Part shown: positions 13,101 through 16,100 of the stretch, piece by piece
How the letters are laid out: each line of letters starts with the position of its first letter
Numbering within the stretch: position 1 is the stretch's first letter
Origin: Cenarchaeum symbiosum A
Lineage (GTDB): Archaea > Thermoproteota > Nitrososphaeria > Nitrososphaerales > Nitrosopumilaceae
DNA length: 32,000 bases
Reading direction: 5' to 3'
Assembly: GCA_000200715.1 (NCBI GenBank)
Contig: DP000238.1
Coordinates: 924,593-956,592, forward strand
Notes under the pieces: model-generated
Told to the model about the DNA's origin: nothing
Databases searched by the model: none
The model's input: the letters and a program-made list of their open reading frames with translations, nothing else
Program-made: the position numbers and the translations under genes

Positions 13101-16100
13101 GGCGTTCTCCCCGGACGGGCTCAAGATGTTCGTCGTGGGAAACGATGCGGTGCACCAGTATGCACTGGGCTCGCAGTTTGGCTTCAGCCCCGCCCCGTCG
13201 TTCGAGCATGACTTTAGTGTGGCCGAGGACGGCCTGGTCACGGGAATAGACTTTGGGAATAACGGCACCAGGATGTACCTATCGGGCGCAAACAACAGCG
13301 CCATCCAGCAGTACGACCTCTCTACACCGTACGATATAGAGGCGCAGCCCGTCCATGCGGGGAACTTTAGCACCGCCGGCCAGTATGACTCGCCCCGCGG
13401 GGTAGTAGTCTCCGGCGACGGCCGCATCATGCTGGTACTGGGCCAGCCGGACGACAAGGTGTTCATGTACGGGATGGACGAGCCGCACGATATATCCACC
13501 GCAGGGTATGTGGGCTCCCACGAGATCACAAACTCGGAGCGCAACCCGGAGGGAATAGCGGCGTCGGACGACGGAAGGCTGCTCTTTGTCACGGGCACCG
13601 TGACCAACAGTGTGTTCAGGTACAATCTCGGGGCGCCGTACGATGCGGCCCGGGACGGGGCGGGGGCCGGGCCCACCCTGACCAATACCATCAGGGCCCC
13701 TACGGGGATTGTATTTTCCCCTGACGGCCTGCAGTTGTTCCTCTCCTCCCACGGTGCAGATCTTGTACAATCGTACAACCTGACAGCCCCCTATGGCGTG
13801 GCGACGGCCACGCCTGCGGACACTTATAATCTTCCCGTGGACCCCGGCCGCAATCGTCCATTTGATGTGGAATTTTCCACGGATGGCCTCCTGATGTTTA
13901 CCACCGGGCGTAACCCCCTAAGACTGTATTCGTTTACGCTGGATGCGCCGTACAACATATTGTCGGCCGTGGAGAATAGCAGGTACGACATAACGATAGC
14001 GCCGTTGAATACTCAGACGGGCGTGATATTCAACCCCAATGGGACCATCATGCTGCTTGCAGCGGGAACCCGCGGCGGCGGCATCATACAGGAATACAAC
14101 CTCCCCAGCCCGTACAACATATCCGGCGCCGTGGCGGCCCCGTTCAGCATAACGGACGGGCTGGTCCCGCTGGGGATTACATACTCGTCGGACGGGCACA
14201 GGCTCTTCGTCATGGATGATGCCGAGGTGGTGCACAGGTACGACCTTCTAACGCCGTATACGCTGAGGGATGCCCTGTTTGTGGACTCTGGTGAATTCAA
14301 AGACGGTGCCCAGCCCAACGACTTGGCGTTCTCCGGTGACGGCGGAAAGATGTTCATAGCCTGGGGCAACGATAACAGGATAGAGACGTACAACCTGACA
14401 GCCCCCTACGACATAACCTCGTCTGCCAGCCCCGTGTCCCTTTCAGCGGACACCGGCTCCCCCACCCCGAGCGACGTCTCCGTGAGCGCAGACGGCAGGA
14501 CGGTGCTTGTATTCAACAATGTACGGGACGCGGTCATTGGGCACAGCCTACGCCAGCCGTACGACCTGTCCACACCCGCATCATCGGTCCAATCGGCAGA
14601 GGCCGACAACACCAATGTAAACGCGATGGAGTTCTCACCCAACGGGACGCTGATGTTCCTGTCGGGATGGAACGAGACAAGTCCCATAGTACAAGGACGA
14701 ACTGTCTATACGTACAACCTGAGCGCCCCGTTTGACGTATCCACGTTCCAGCGCATAGGCGAGTTTCACACCCGGGATGCGGTAAATGCGCTGACGGGAG
14801 ACGCCAGTATAAGCAGCCCCTCGGCAATGAGGTTCTCGGCTGACGGGACGGATCTGTATCTAATAGACGAAATCGATCAGTTGATACATCACTTTAGCCT
14901 GAGCAGCCCGTACCTGCTTGACAATACGACTGCCTATGTGGAAGCCCTTGATGTCAATCCGCCGGAGAGCAACCCCTCCGGGCTTGAACTGTCGGCCGAC
15001 GGCACAAGGCTGTTCATCACGGGGGCCGGCAGTGACCGCATACGCCAGTACGACATGGATATCGCGTACAACCTCTCCACCGCCGTGCATTCGGAATCGA
15101 TCAACGCGGTCGGGCTCGACAGCCAGGCCCGTGGGCTTGCATTCTCAGAGGACGGCTCTAGATTGTTCTTTGTCGGGGATGATACGGATCGGATATACCT
15201 GCTTGATCTGGCGGCCCCCGAGGTCATACGTGTACTGCCCGGCATGTTAGATGATGTGATATCTGTGACGCACAACGTAACGGCGGTGGACAGGCCCTCT
15301 ATCTCCGATGGCCGCCCAGACTCCACGGTTAAACCCATATCCGCCGGAGACGCCCCGTCATTTGTGGATGCGCCCGGCGTGGACGCCATGATAGGTAGGG
15401 ATGTGATGGATGCGCCGGCCGTATCCGATCCGGCCAGGCTGGCTGTATCGTTCCACCTGACGGGAGACGACGCGCCGGCGGTTCTAGATGTGCCCGGCGT
15501 GGGCGAGACGGCCAATCGGCCCATACCCGTGCCCGGCGATGACAGCCCGTCATTTGCGGAACTGCCCGGCGTGAAAGTCGTGATGGATGTAGATGCTCCA
15601 AATGGAACGGACAGGCCGACCGTGGCCGAGGAGCACCGCCTGGTCCGGACCGTGTCGTTGTCCGGAAACGACACCCTGACAGTTGAGGAGAGGGAAGACG
15701 TGGGCGGCATGAGCCGGAATGCAGTGGATAGGCCGGTCATATCCGATCCGGTCAGGGTGGCCGTATTGTTCCATCTGGAGGGAGACGACGCGCCGGCGGT
15801 TCTAGATGTGCCCGGCGTGGGCGAGATGGCCAACCAGTCCATACCCAGGCCCGCCGAGGATAGACCGTCATTCATGGATCTATCCGGTGTGGACTTTGCG
15901 GCGGTCAGGAATGCGGCAGACGCGCCGGCCGTGTCCGACGAGCCCAATCTGGCCCGGAGCACATCCATATCCGGAAATGATTCGCCATCATTCGAGGATA
16001 TGCCCGGCGTGGGCGGCATGGTAGCCCCGAATGCAGCGGATGCGCCGGCCATATCCGATCCGGCCAGGGTGGCCGTATTGTTCCATCTGGAGGGAGACGA

